A stretch of 63,308 bases of DNA, filler included, from Reticulomyxa filosa (taxonomy: Eukaryota; Protista; Foraminifera): the NCBI GenBank assembly GCA_000512085.1. It is 8 parts of 8 records of this genome, joined end to end, with 100 filler letters (N's around TTAATTAATTAA, not from the genome) between each part and the next. Parts side by side here need not be neighbours in the genome. Positions count along the whole stretch, not along the records: positions 25,511 to 41,951 come from ASPP01005991.1; 7 more parts are not named here. One strand, 5' to 3'. The position numbers were made by a program, and so were the translations under genes. A model generated the notes under the pieces. It was not told where the DNA came from and made no database searches. It worked only from the letters and a program-made list of their open reading frames with translations. Numbering within the stretch: the stretch's first letter is position 1; every line of letters begins with the position of its first letter. This document shows, in pieces, positions 25,511-39,009 of this stretch.

Positions 25511-25669
25511 AAAAAAGTTATTAAAAAATCAATATCATATTTAAAAACTACAAGACTTGTAGATATTTAAAAAAAAAAATTAGGTCTAAATGTTGATTTT
25601 TCATTGAGAAAATCAATTATCATCACAAGATATGTTTTAGGCGTTCAGTTTTCTTTGCAACCTACTGTA
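25511..25669 (+). mobile_element. 3' end (TIR) of a Tc1/mariner-like element, cut by the contig edge
   Basis: Aligns by eye with the reverse complement of 57886-58040 (shared tttaaaaactacaaga and attgagaaaatc). Ends ...tgcaacctactg-TA, i.e. TA-CAGTAGGTTGCA on the other strand. Confidence 0.7.
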
Positions 25670-26067
25670 TATAAATGGCTACATTTCGAAGTATTAATCA
25701 TTTAATTTTTTTCAGTACTTAATTTAATAAAACTTTTATTTTTATTTTAATGTTTCGGTGATTGTGTTGATGCAAATATAAATAAAAAATATGCAAAATT
25801 GATTATTTTAATTAAAAAAGGAATATGGTGATAATGATAACTTTTTGTAAGATAGTTCAAGCCACAAAAATATTTTAGCTTGTCTTCATTCCTTATCAAA
25901 TGATAATTTGATGGATTAAAAAGAATCATAGAAGGAAGTCAATCTGCAAAAATGTTGCATTACGGAATACCATATTTAATTTAAGATAGTGTAGGTAAAC
26001 GTAAGTTTGAGGGCCAAATGTTGATGTAAGAAAGTAATCTATATTAATATTAGAGAAAAAGAAAAAG

Positions 26068-28882
26068 ATGTCTGCTTTCCGGTCTTTGGATATGTCTTAT
26101 GTTCAAATTCTGTTACCAGCAGCCGTAGCAGAAGAATTTGTAGATTGTGTTGGGCGTGAAGCGTGTGTCCAGTTTACGGATCTAAATGAAGGCGTGCAGC
26201 CGTTTCAAAGACCTTACACAAAGGAAATTATGCGCATTCAAGAAGTAGAACGAAGGATCAAAGACATTGAAAGTCAATTGAAGGACTTCAAAATATCGTT
26301 TGACGCATCGATAATAGCATCAGAGCTTATAACCCATCAAAGACGATCAACCATAGATACTATTCAAGTAAAAGGATGTTTTCTTCTTTTTAAAAACAAT
26401 ATAAACAAAAAAAACATAAAAACATAAAAAAAAGCGTGATGTGAACAAAGCATTCCAAGAGCTGAAAGAGCAAGGAAATGCGGAAAAAGATTTAAGAAAG
26501 CAGCTACGTGAGCGACAGGTGAAATTAAAATATATTACAATTTTATTTTGTTTATGAAGTGCTTGTAACAAATGAAACAATTTGCAATTAAAAAAAAATT
26601 ACTTTGTTCAATTTTGCGTATGACTTCTTTTTTTTTTGCCCTTTTCCAAGGATAAAGTCGAAGTGCTGTCACAAATGGATGATTTTCTCTCAGAAGGCGA
26701 ACCACTAGTAAAGCAGCGCCTTGCTGGTATGTATATGCATAGTTGTCTACTAAAAATGTTCAAAACAAGTTTGTTGCATCAGGGTTTATTTCGCATCTCG
26801 CTTTGTATAATGTCGCGTATATATTTGCGTTTCTCCCTCCCCCTTTTTTTTGTTTTTAAAAAAAAGACAGCCAACAACAAATGTTGAAAGACGAAGTGAA
26901 ATTTTCGTGCCTTGCAGGCGTTGTGACAACAGCACAGCGCGCATCATTTGAACGCCAAGTGTTTTTGACAAGTCGTGGGAATTCATTGGTTCGATTCAAA
27001 GAAACGAAAGCAGGGTCGTCTGTATTTGCGATATTTTTTTTAGGTTCGCAATTGCAACGGTCGCTAAAGCGCTTGTGTCAGTTTATGAATATTCAAATCT
27101 GTTACGAGTCGGACAGCGAGCTATCGCGTGAGATCTTGTTGGAGCAAGCAAAGAGCGAGCGCGAGGAAGACAAGCGCGCACATGTGGCGACGCGCAATTT
27201 GTTGGTTCAATTGATGAACGACGTGGCCGGTCAAGTGAAAGATTGGAAGGCGACGTTGCTGCAAGCGCATGGCATTCACACGACGATGAATCGTTTTCGC
27301 GCGCATAAAGGCAACTCGGTGTTGCGAGCCGAAGGGTGGTGTCCTTCCAAGGAAAAGGAGAGGCTGTCGGATATTTTGGAACACGTGGTTCGTGATAAAG
27401 GAGTAGGCCAAGCCGTGTTGACCGATATGCAAGTGGGAAAGGGCGTTCCTCCAACGTATTTCGAGGAAAATGATTTCACCACGGCATTCCAACAAATTGT
27501 CGATACGTATGGTGTTCCAAGATACAAGGAATTCAACCCGGCCGTCCCTACCATTATCACCTTCCCCTTTTTGTTTGGTGTTATGTACGGTGATATATTC
27601 CATGGAAGTTGCTTGCTGTTGTTCTCTTTTATGTTGTTTGGCATGGGTTATTTGAAATCGGATATTCGCCACTCCTCGTGGGGCGATCTGTACTTTTGCA
27701 AGATATGTACTGCTGTTCATGGGAATCTTTTCGACGTATTGCGGAGTGATTTATAATGACTGCTTGTCCATAATGATCAATGGATGGAATGGAAGTCAAT
27801 GGCAACATGGAGATGTGGATGGACACGCTGTGATGGTCCAGAGAAATGTATACGCGGTGGGAATTGACCCAGCCTGGAGTGGTGTGGACAACCAGTTGGC
27901 CTTTGCCAATAGCTTGAAAATGAAACTGTCCGTAATCATTGGCGTGGGTCAAATGACCTATGGATTGTTTGTCAAGCTATCCAATCATCTCCAAGAACGT
28001 GATTACTTGTCTGTGTATTTTGAATTTGTTCCGCAACTGGTGTTTATGCTTTGCTTTTTTGGATACATGGTGTTTTTGATCTTTTATAAGTGGTGTCTGG
28101 ATTGGACCACTTCGATGCTCCCAGACACTCCGTCGTTGATCACCGTCATGATTAAAATGTTTTTAGCACCAGGAACGGTAGACCAATCGGTTCAAATTTT
28201 TCCCAATGCGAATGCACAGGCGAAAGCGCAAATGGTCTTTTTGGTCTTGTTGATGATCAGTGTCCCGGTCATGTTGTGTGTCAAACCTTGTATACTGAAA
28301 TATCGAATGAGCCATCAACACCTTGCTTCTCATATTCTTTTAACTAATGAAGCTGATGTGCAAATGTCGCACATGGACGATACCGGCGAAGAACGAGAAC
28401 CAGAACATGAAGAGAAAACACAACCTGACCAGCCTATCGATTCAATCAATACAGAAGCTTCTTCCTCTGAACTTGCTGCCGAAAGTCATAGTGACCATGA
28501 GGAATCATTTGGAGACATTATGATCCATCAACTCATTCACACCATTGAGTACGTGTTAGGCACCATTTCCAATACTGCTTCTTATTTACGTTTGTGGGCT
28601 TTAAGTTTGGCCCATGCAGAGCTATCCGAAGTGTTTTTCAGCAAAACGTTGGGATCAACCTTGGCTTCAACTGGGGCAGGGGCTGTCGTAATAAATGTGG
28701 CGTCGACGTTTATGTTCTTGATGTTCACATTTTGTGTGTTATTGGTCATGGATGTTTTGGAGTGCTTTTTGCACGCACTTCGATTACATTGGGTGGAATT
28801 TCAAAATAAATTTTATTATGGGGATGGACGTGCATTTCAACCTTTTTCCTTTGCTACTTTGATCAAAAAGCACAACGCTTGA
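26068..28882 (+). CDS. ATP6V0A: V-type H+-ATPase V0 subunit a (Vph1/Stv1 family); multi-exon; one extra T at 27694-27697
   Basis: FRSLDM, FQQIVDTYGVPRYKEFNP, FPFLFGVMYGD, NSLKMKLS, HTIEYVLGTISNTASYLRLWALSLAH, FLHALRLHWVEFQNKFY. Confidence 0.96.
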
Positions 28883-29587
28883 TCAGACCAACTTTTCGAA
28901 AGAGGGGTATAATGGTAGTGCATGTGTGTGGGGTTCGCTCGTCTTTTTTTTTTTGTTTGTGTTTGAGACATTCATAAAGGTCATTTTCAGTAGTTTATTA
29001 AACTATTCAAGCACGAACCCAGTGTGCTCGGTGTGTTAGGTTTTTCTTATCAATTAAAAAAAGTGACTTTTTGTTTAGGAGACGCACTTGAGCCACTATC
29101 ATATGCCCATCATACAACTATTTTATGAAAAAATTTTGTTCAACTTTGGAGTTATATCCGTTTTTACGTGTATCATTGCGATGATCAAATACTACATTTT
29201 TGTTCTTTTCAGTACTCTTCTACAAAATACTTTTAACACATAAGTGTACCAAAAGAAAAAAAAAGCAAAATTATGGCATACTGTAGAGAGGCACAATCAG
29301 TTGTAATACAAAGATTGATCTTTGAACAATTTCCGCAATGAAATATAAAGAACTTCGACTTCGTTAATATTATAAGACATCACGTCATAACATTTGTTAT
29401 ATAAGTGATGACAGATTTTCAGCACAAAATAGTACATAAACTGCACAACTTTTCACAATTTCCAAATTTGTAACTCAAGTAAACCGCTTTTTGACAGTTT
29501 TAAGTTAAAAACGTTCCGTTCAGTTTTCAAAAGACGTTATTTTGTCCAAATTTTTTGGGGATTGTTTGTAAAAGATTTACAAATATA

Positions 29588-30365
29588 ATGACAAAACCGC
29601 TTTCTTCTCAACCAGTTTGTTTTAGACCATATCTTACCAAATTTTTGTGTATAATTCACACGTGGCTGGATGTTGAAAAAAAACAAAAAGACAAAAACGC
29701 GAGCACAACCATTCCAATATTTGGTAGTCCTAGACTTTGAGGCAACATGTGATGATAAAAATTTTGGACCACAAGAAATAATTGAATGGCCGGCAGTAAT
29801 AATAGATACAACAACAATGGAAATGATAACATCTCCGGTGATTGAATCTGCTGAAAAAAAAGACGACGGATTAAATAAAACAAAGGAAAATTCTGTCCCT
29901 GACGAGTTTCATTACTACATAAAACCAAAAGTAAATCCAGTGCTAACAAAATTTTGCACAGAATTGACAGGAATAACACAAGACACGGTAAACAAAGGCA
30001 CAGATATAGAAACAGTAATTAGTAAATGGAATACGTTTGTTTCGGAGCATAAATTGACCTCAAAAAATGCGTGCGTGATAACATGCGGAGACTGGGACTT
30101 GAAAAAAATGTGGCCAATTCAAAAACGACTTTTAAAAAATCAAACTGATCCGTTGTTGTTCCAGCGATGGATTAATTTGAAACTCATTTTTGCCAAATTT
30201 TTTCAATGTAAGCCTAAAGACATGGTTGGTATGTTGAATTTTTTGAATTTGAAGCTATTGGGTAGGCATCATTCTGGAATTGATGATGTCAGAAATATAG
30301 CGAGAATTGTCCAATTCTTGCTCAAATCAGGAGCTACTTTTTACTGCACATCCGTGGGTGGCTGA
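29588..30365 (+). CDS. ERI1/ERI3-family DEDDh 3'-5' exoribonuclease
   Basis: VVLDFEATC, EIIEWP, FCTELTGITQ, TCGDWDL, GRHHSGIDDVRNIA. Confidence 0.92.
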
Positions 30366-31035
30366 ATATGACCACATGTCTTTTTAGTCAATGAGGAAAA
30401 CTAGAGATCTTGGGAATATGTGATGCAAAGGCTGATTTGCACTAACGAACTAAGTTTTTGCTTGTTTTGGGCCAATGTTCACTCGTAACCGCATTTACAG
30501 CGTAAAATCCTTTTTAATCTTTTAGCGTTTTTCTAAATGGACATAAGAGAAAATTTGTTTTGGTTTAATTGATTTTATTTCCATTTCGGCCAATGAAGAA
30601 CTAGCGCATTTTTAACTCTACAATTTTTAACATTCTGACAGCAAAAACCAAACAAAATCTTTTTTTTGATTCCCAAGATTTTTCTTATATTTTCTAACAT
30701 TTCGATAATACGATGTCGTTCGGAAAGTTTCGGTCTGATGATCCTCAAGAGACAAGCTGGCAAAGGTGAGTATTTCTGGATCTCTCCCGAAGTAATGGAC
30801 TGGCGACTGTTTTTGTTGTTTTTGCTTTGAAAAGCTAAGGACTGACCAGAACTAAAATTTTTGTTTTTGTTTTGTTGACGGTCTCTGGCACGAAAGGCTA
30901 TCTTTTCATCCCATGGATACCTCCGCTGTTTCGCACAAGCACAGAACAAAATGTCCAAAGAAAGAAAACAAACTCATAAACACGCAAAAAACAAACAAAT
31001 AAATTTTGAGGGGAAAAAATACAAACAAAATGCAG

Positions 31036-31746
31036 CGCGGATCAAGAAGAAGAAGTGGATAAAAAATGGTCTCGTGGCGACTTCATAAGCGGCAGTGGGA
31101 TCAGCAAACAAAGATCCGTAGAAAATCGAACACGGTTAATGAATAACAGGTTCGAACAAAACCGAGGTTTTAACTTCGGACAACAAAAACGCAACAAATT
31201 GAATGAGTCCAAAGGCTATCAATCCCGGTTCAATAATGACCAAAACTATCACCAGTACGATCAAGCGACGGAGTTTCAGGGGCGTTCGTTTGGCAACAGA
31301 GGTCAAAGACGAAGTCCTGACCGAAACCGTGGCCGAGCCTGGGGCCGTGGACGTGGGGTGGAGGTGGTCGTGGTCGTGGTCGCTCTTGGAATAATTATAG
31401 TCAAAGGAACAGCAACAATAGAAACAGTGGGAAACGATGGGTCGAAAAAAAAAAGCCAACTGAGTTTCGTTGCACAAGGGCATCTTAGATAAAACAAGTG
31501 CAGTTTTCCGTTTGTTTGTGGGACAGAAAAGAGTTAGATAAAGAATTGGAAAAATATTATACTGGAGGAGGTAATGATGGCAAAGAAAGAACTGAACAAA
31601 TGTTGGATGACGAATTGAAAGACTACTACAAGGTACAACAAGATAACGAAAATGTGGCAACCAATTCTACCCAAAATGACAAAGACACAGACGCACACGT
31701 CAATACCAATACCAACACCAATACCGACCAACAAGACAAAAAATAA
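31036..31746 (+). CDS. RG-rich Chtop/FoP- or Aly/REF-like mRNA export adaptor (5' exons unresolved; indel at G run 31355-31358)
   Basis: RGRAWGRGRGGGGRGRGR after correction. Duplicated C-terminal motif PTE|KELDKELEKYY...TEQMLDDELKDYY resembles the FoP duplication/UAP56-binding motif. Confidence 0.65.
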
Positions 31747-32602
31747 CCCAAACAATTCATTCCACTTTGTTAAAATACTTACATTGTCACAAGCGTTTTT
31801 TAAAATTACAAAATCAGAAACCACGTAATTATCCCCTTCTCCAACTTTTTGATACTATTCGAAAGTCTTGCTTAGTCTTTTCATAATTTAAAAACAATTA
31901 CATGGTTTTCGAAAAATTTCGTTTTTCCACACGATCCTTATCTCTTCAAACGTGAGCATTGGCTCATTTATTTCTTCTGAGGCTTTGTGCTTGTTTAGTT
32001 TGACTAATAAAACGATCGTAGAAACAAATCCAAGGCACTTTGGATTTGCTCTATCGATAAAGCAGTATTCTGGAGCTAAAGGGTTCAGCTCACCCTTTTT
32101 TTAGTAAATTCAAAGAAATATTTTGAAGTATGAATAGATAAGATTGTATTTTCTATTTTTCCTTTAAACATGTGCACAATGAAAAAGTCACACCGCTTTC
32201 AAAACAAAATGATTTGGGATCAAGCAAGTACTCGAAAAGAGGCAGTTTGTTTTTTGTTTTTGTCTCCTCAAAAAAAAATTGAACAACAATACGAAGTTAT
32301 GGGCATAAAACGAACAGGATATCTATGACCTGTGCGGTCATCACTCAAATTGTTTATTAAAACAAGATGATCAGATGTGTTTTGTCATGCATAGTGAAGC
32401 AAATCCTTTCACCGGTACATTATCCCCTCATTTTAGAAAAATTCGAGTTTGTGGGGGAATGAATGTTATGAGTGTAATTAGAAAATTTATCTTCAACGAA
32501 ATCAAATATTCGGTAATTGAATTCAAAATCAAATGAATACAATATAAAAATCAAGTTTATAACATAATGTTAATTTTTTTAAAAATAACAAATATTGTAT
32601 AG

Positions 32603-33679
32603 AGTGAAAAAGAAACTTATCTCGTTTTAGAAAATTGGGTTCGATGTTTGGCAATTGATCGAGGGTGGATTGGGGATTTTAACAAAATTATTGCGCGATA
32701 CGTTCCGTATTTTTTTTTTTAAATCAATTTCTAGTATTAAAGTAAAAAAAAACAAAAACATAAACTCAGTTGAATAAAATAAACAACTGAAAAGGCAAAA
32801 TATTTCAAAGAATCAAAAATATTTCAAGGGCATTCAAGATTTGTAAACTGTGTGAACTTTTCTCCAGATGGTGCAAACATTGTTTCCTCTTCAGATGATA
32901 AAACAGTTCGGATATGGGATGTAAAATCGGGAAGAGAAATAAAAAGACTGAAAGGACATTCCCATTGGATTTCCAACGCCCAATTTTCTCGAAACGGTGA
33001 CATGGTAGTGTCATGTTCAGATGATAATACAATTAGGTTATGGGATGTGAAATCAGGACAAGAATTAAGAAAATTTGAAGGTCATTGGGCTGCTGCTAAA
33101 GGTGTTCAATTTTCACCAAACGGCCACATAATTGCGTCTTGTTCATTGGATACAACAATTCGAATATGGGACATAGAGTCTGGGGAAAATATAAAAACAT
33201 TGGAAGGGCACACAAAAGTAGTGAATGACGTACAATTTTCATCAGATAGTAAATTTATTGTGTCCTCGTCTTTTGATCAAACGGTTGGAATATGGAACGT
33301 AAAATCCGGACAAAGGGAGCAGAAATTGATAGGACATTCAGGTGCTGTGTTAAAAGCACGATTTTCACCAAATGGTCTCGCAATTGCTTCATGTTCGAGT
33401 GATACTACAATTCGGATATGGGATACTGCATCAGGTAGAGAAATACGAAAATTAGAAGGACACATAGATTTGGTAAATGATTTCCAGTTTATGGCAGATG
33501 GGCAAATTATTGCTTCGTGTTCAAGTGACAAAACAATTCGATTGTGGGATGTGAAATCTGGTAAAGAGTTTCAGAGATGGAAAGGACATGCTGTTCCAAT
33601 AACAGGAATAGATATCTCACCAACTGGAAACAAAATTGTATCTTCTTCTGAGGACCGAACTATTCGGTTATGGGGATGA
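32603..33679 (+). CDS. Seven-bladed WD40 protein with an N-terminal GW-box exon (32603-32701); upstream exons unresolved
   Basis: 99-nt exon SEKETYLVLENWVRCLAIDRGWIGDFNKIIARY, intron 32702-32794, then seven GH...WD repeats. Confidence 0.9.
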
Positions 33680-34456
33680 CAAACTTACCTTAGTCAATAA
33701 CAATGTCGAAATTTTTTGTGAAAAAGAAAGTTGATTAGCCGTATGTGCATTTATAGGACGAATGGCTTACTGTAAATTTTGTCAACTTTCTTTTAAGTAG
33801 AGTGTAGTCAAAATAAAAATACTTCAAAGTGAAAAAATCAAACTAATTACTTTAAAATTATTTTCTATTGTCTAACGTTTTACATTTAATGTTTGCTTGA
33901 TTGTTTTGATCTGCAATCGACTTCAAAAAAAAAGCCCCCTAAAATGAACTCGTCAGAAACAAAAAGCCAGTTGCAACAAAGCAATTAATATGAATAAAAT
34001 CAAATGTCAAAAACAAACAAAATGATAACATAGTCGCAGAAAAAAATAACTATTTACAATTGCAAAAAAATACGAAAAAAGGATATATTTCAAATGCTTG
34101 ACACTTTTGCAAACTTTTTTTTAAATGAAAATCAAACATTAGTAAAAAGTCAAAAAATCGATATCCTTGTAAAATGCAGTTTTATGTGTAAATATTTTTG
34201 TCTTTGCGGTATTGATTGTACACCATAAATCCAGTCATTGTTGTTAGTTTATAAAAAAAGAAATATATCTTTTTGTGAGGAAAAAAAATTATTATTCGTA
34301 TTCGATAAATTGAAAGGCCAAGTTTCTTTCTTGTGCACGTATAGCATGTTTCCCACACCCTTTTAAGATATCCATTTATGATTTCAATAATCATATATAA
34401 ATGTGATTCTTTGGCCTTATTGCTTATTTTTGTTGGTACTGTAGTCGAAAGAGAAT

Positions 34457-35630
34457 ATGTCAGTTGGGAAACTTGCAATTGAAACAATGACAACGGATTC
34501 AGCGTTTGAAGTCTTAAGCCCACTTCTGAGACCAGCAGCAATGCCACAATGTGTGGTAATTGGTGACGAAATCGTGATATGTGGAGATAGCACAATGTCA
34601 GGCAGATGTTACTCTTATCATACATCAAAAAAAGATTACCGATTGATCTGCAGTTTTCCAGAGAAACAGATTCGCACGAGATTTACGATGATGAAATGGG
34701 AAAAAAAGAGCAAAAAAGGGAATAAAAAATACACCTTATTTGCGTTTGGAGGAAATTCCTACAACTCGAAAAAAGAAACATTGATGATGAAATATCGAAG
34801 TGTGTGGGAAGAAGAATACGCTGAAAATGAGTGGATACCAGTAGAGCACGCATACAAAAATAGTATCCGATGTGTTGGTGATTACTTTTCTCCGCTTGCA
34901 GTGATTGGTGGAACAAATAACTCATTACTGTTTTTAATTCATCTTCCCAATCACTTTGATGTGATTGACATCAAATCGTTACAAACAGTGACAAATCTGA
35001 CATTGCCTTTTTATGTCAACGGTGATGCTACTATTTTTGTAAAAGGGAGCCAGGAAATGTTGGTGTTCACCCAAGACAACGGAGCATCCATTCAATATGA
35101 TGAAGTTAAAAAAGAGTTTATATATCATGATGTACCTCTTCCGTCTGAACTTACTGGAATAAGACAGTATTGTTTTCTTTGCATTCAAGATGTTGTCATC
35201 GTGTTTGGAGGCTATCATAGCAACTTCATTGCGACTGATCATATTCATTTGTACTTTATCAATACACTGACATGGAAGAAATGTCCTTACTCTTTACCTT
35301 GGCCTATGTTTGGGGGTTTTGCCATTCTCAGTCCTGATCAAAATTGGGTTCATATCATTGGAAGAGATAAGCCTTATTCGGGTTGGGAAAAGCGAGATTT
35401 TGATGACTTCAGACAGCACATACGAATAAGAGTGCGGGAGCTTATTGGGGTTTCGTTGTATATATTCTTTTCTCCATAAATTCTTTAAAATAGAAATAAA
35501 CAAAAAACAGTGGAGCTTGAAAGAGGTCAGAAAGATTGTTGGATTTTGGGTATACCATTCCAAATTGAGAAGATTGGGATGGATTAACGAGTTTTGTGAA
35601 ATTGTTGCCCAATTTGTTGACATTTATTAA
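34457..35630 (+). CDS. Kelch-like beta-propeller protein with a C-terminal GW-box exon (35511-35630)
   Basis: PQCVVIGDEIVICG, CYSYHT, FAFGG, AVIGG, IVFGGY, WKKCPYSLP; phase-0 intron 35450-35510. Confidence 0.8.
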
Positions 35631-35941
35631 CAGTTTTTTAACAACTTTGTTCTGTCCCGACAATGTAGGACACACCTCTTTTTACTAACAGTGTTCAAAA
35701 ATTGGACTACAAGTGTTTTGACATAAAATTTCAGTTGAATAGCTTTGCTTCCCCAAAAGACTTAGTATTTTTGTTCTCCCTTGTGCAATTATGAGTTTAA
35801 ACAAATAAAACAGCCAAATAAAAAAGGATACAATAATCTTTTGTTTTTTTAAAAATGTCGGTCATGGAGAAGCAAGAAAAATATGGCTTAACGTCTCATA
35901 AACATTATAAACCAAATAACAACATAACTCAAAAAAAAAAA

Positions 35942-38546
35942 TTAGTCTTTTTTCTCTAAAAACTCTTGGTATTGTTTTACAAGCGACTCTTGTGCCTGGC
36001 TATCAACAAATTGATGATCTTTGTATTCCATAGTGAATTCTCCCTTACCCTCAGTCAAAGATCTCAAATCGGTAGCATACCCAAACATACGATCCAATGG
36101 ACCATAGGCACGAATAACACAGTTTTTGCCACTGTAGGAGATGCCATTGATAATCATTCCTCGAGTAGACAAATCTCCTACAATAGCTCCTTGATTTGCC
36201 TCTGGGACGCAAATTTCAATATCCATGCACGGTTCACTGACGCGAGAGCCCAGCTCACTAATCAACGATCGAAAACATCCTTGGGCAGCGTTTCGAAAGG
36301 CGAGATCACTGCTATCTACTTCATGAGTGACACCATCTTCCAGCACAATTTTGAGTCCAACAACAGGTCCACCCACCAATGGGCCTTTATCACACAACTC
36401 TTTAAATCCAACTTCGACAGATTTAATAAACTGTGGTGGGATCGCTTGTCCTCGAACATTGTTAATAAAAACAAAAGGTTTAACAGGATTTGGAGTTCCG
36501 TCGACAGGCTCGAAATAGCCAATGATTCTAGCATATTGACCACGACCACCAGTTTGTTTTTTGTGCAAATAGTCAAACGGAACTTTCTTGGTGATGGACT
36601 CGTGATATTTGACACGAGGTTTTCCAGTTTCACATGGGACTTTATATTCTCGTAGAATGCGTTCAATGTAGATATCCAAGTGTAACTCTCCCATACCACT
36701 GAATATACAGCTACCCGTGTGATCGTCAATCTCCACATGGAAAGTGGGATCTTCTTTTACGAATCGTTCAAAGGCTTTGCCAAATGCATCCATATCCGAT
36801 TTATTCTTTGGTTTCACCGCCAATGACACCACAGGATCGGGCACGTGCAGAGGGGATATCACATGAGAGATACGTTCCGTCACTAAAGGTCGTCCCAGAA
36901 GTGCAATCAACACCAAACATAGCACATATATCTCCGGCATGTGCGGTATTGATATCTTGCAACTCATCACTGTGCATACGAACAATTCGAGATAAACGTA
37001 ATTTCTTTCCTTTTTCATTGTTTGGTTGAATTGTCAAGCTTTTTCGCAAAGTTCCTTGATAGACACGAACCCAAGTCAATTGTCCAAAGGGATTTTGTTC
37101 CAATTTGAACGCATAAAATAAAAGTGGATCGGACTTATTTGTTGACAGTGGTACTTTTCGATTTGGGTCATCCTCGCCCTTATTTTTTTTTTTTTTTGTT
37201 TGTTGTCCGTGGTTTCGAATGCATGGAGTATGTACATACATATACACATGGATCAAGCCTACCTTCGTGAGATCAATGGCATAATGAGTCAAGTCCAATG
37301 GCGAAGGTAAATAATCGATCACTCCGTCTAACAGCGTTTGCACACCTTTATTCTTGTATGCGCTGCCCACAAAGACCGGTACGAGCTTGCGTTCAATCGT
37401 CATCGCCCTTATCACATTTTTCAGTGTTGCCTTGTCTGGGAATGTTTCTTCTAAATAGTGTCCTTCCATCTCAGAATTCACCTGTAGGAGTTGCAATGAC
37501 ACCTCAAGTTATTGAATATGTCATAATACTTTTATCATTCTCTAATAATAATAATAAAAAAAGAGAGGGATTAACCTCACCCAACACTTCGAGTAATTTC
37601 AATCGATATTTGTGCACTTGTTCTTTGTAATTCTCTGGAATGCTTGCCTTTCGAATGGTATCACCATGTGCACCATCAAAATAAATCGCAGTTTCTTCAA
37701 TCAAATCAATAAGTCCTTCGTGTGCGTCTTCCACGCCTTTTCATTTTAATTTGTGTTTGACATAATGCTTTTCATATCAGATTTGAATCGAAATTTATAT
37801 GTATGCATTTATACATATACATATACAAAATAAAATAAAATAAAATAATTTCAAAACCGATAGGAATTTGCACCAAAGCACAATGCAGATTCAATTCACT
37901 TCTCAATTCGTCTACTGCTCGATAAGGATTGGCGCCAGTTCGATCGCATTTGTTGACAAAGCAAATGCGTGGGACATTGTATCGTCGCATTTGTCGGTCG
38001 ACTGTGATCGTCTGCGACTGCACTCCACTTGATGCACATACTATCATTATTGCTCCGTCCAATACCTGAAGCGACCTCTCTACTTCAATTGTGAAATCTA
38101 CGTGTCCAGGAGTGTCGATTATGTTTATATGATGCTTCCCCCACTCCGTGTGTGTTGCTGCTGATCGGATTGTTATTCCTTTCTCTCTTTCCAATTCCAT
38201 ACTATCCATTTTTGCTCCCACACCATCTTTCCCACGCACTTCATGCATCTCTCTTATTCGTCCTGAATAAGGAAAGAGGGGAGAAGGGTACAATTTTTCA
38301 TATAATTTCCAGAAATTTCAAGGACAAACACAGAAATTTTTTTTTACCTGTGTAATACAGAATACGTTCAGTGGTGGTTGTCTTCCCAGAGTCGATGTGT
38401 GCAGATATGCCAATGTTTCGAAGCAACGCCAAGTCTTGGGCACTGGCGTACTCAGTTTTTGCCACCGAAGCAAAGTATCGGAATATAGAAGGTGTTCGCA
38501 CTGGGATGTGCGTGAAATGATTGCGCAATAAAGTCGAGAAAAACAT
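35942..38546 (-). CDS. GFM1: Mitochondrial elongation factor G1; multi-exon; one extra base at 36852-36855
   Basis: Presequence-like N-terminus, [82 protein letters not shown]. Confidence 0.95.
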
Positions 38547-39009
38547 TGCTTCTCAATAATCTGTTGCACTTCTAATGGAGACCTTTGGTGGTCAACAGAA
38601 GATCAAGGGAGCCACAAATTTCTTAAAAAAAATAGTTTTTTATCTCTGTCTCCACGACAGTGTTTCCGTAGTGCATTTCGATGTGTTTCATTTATTTACA
38701 AACTTTATGGAACAAAATTAAGCGATACTATCTCCAACATGGTCGATATAAACCAGAAAAACATAAGTTGCCAAGATTTGTTATTTTTTTTTTACCAGAA
38801 CAAATATCAACTGGAAAAACTATTTCCAAACAAAACTTGACAACAAACAAAACAGAAAAAAAAAATCCATAAAAATGTACGTTGAGTAGTAACTACTTTT
38901 TGCCTCTTCTTGTATGCAGCAAAGGCTTTCAGGTGAAGAGAAACCTACGATAATCAGAAACGCCTCCCCTTCCTTAGATCTAAACGCAAATTAAGTTTTT
39001 CTCGAACGA

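Noticed and set aside
843-36855. Ten single-base frameshifts in conserved genes (GSK3 843-851 and 871-874; PH 4748-4757; ATPase 7038, 7725, 9287; 21965; V-ATPase 27694; 31355; EF-G 36852) as programmed frameshifting or insertional RNA editing
   Set aside because: All sit in homopolymer runs of A, T, G or C, occur in both directions and share no stimulatory motif. This is typical of pyrosequencing miscalls. Only DNA-vs-RNA read disagreement would revive the idea.
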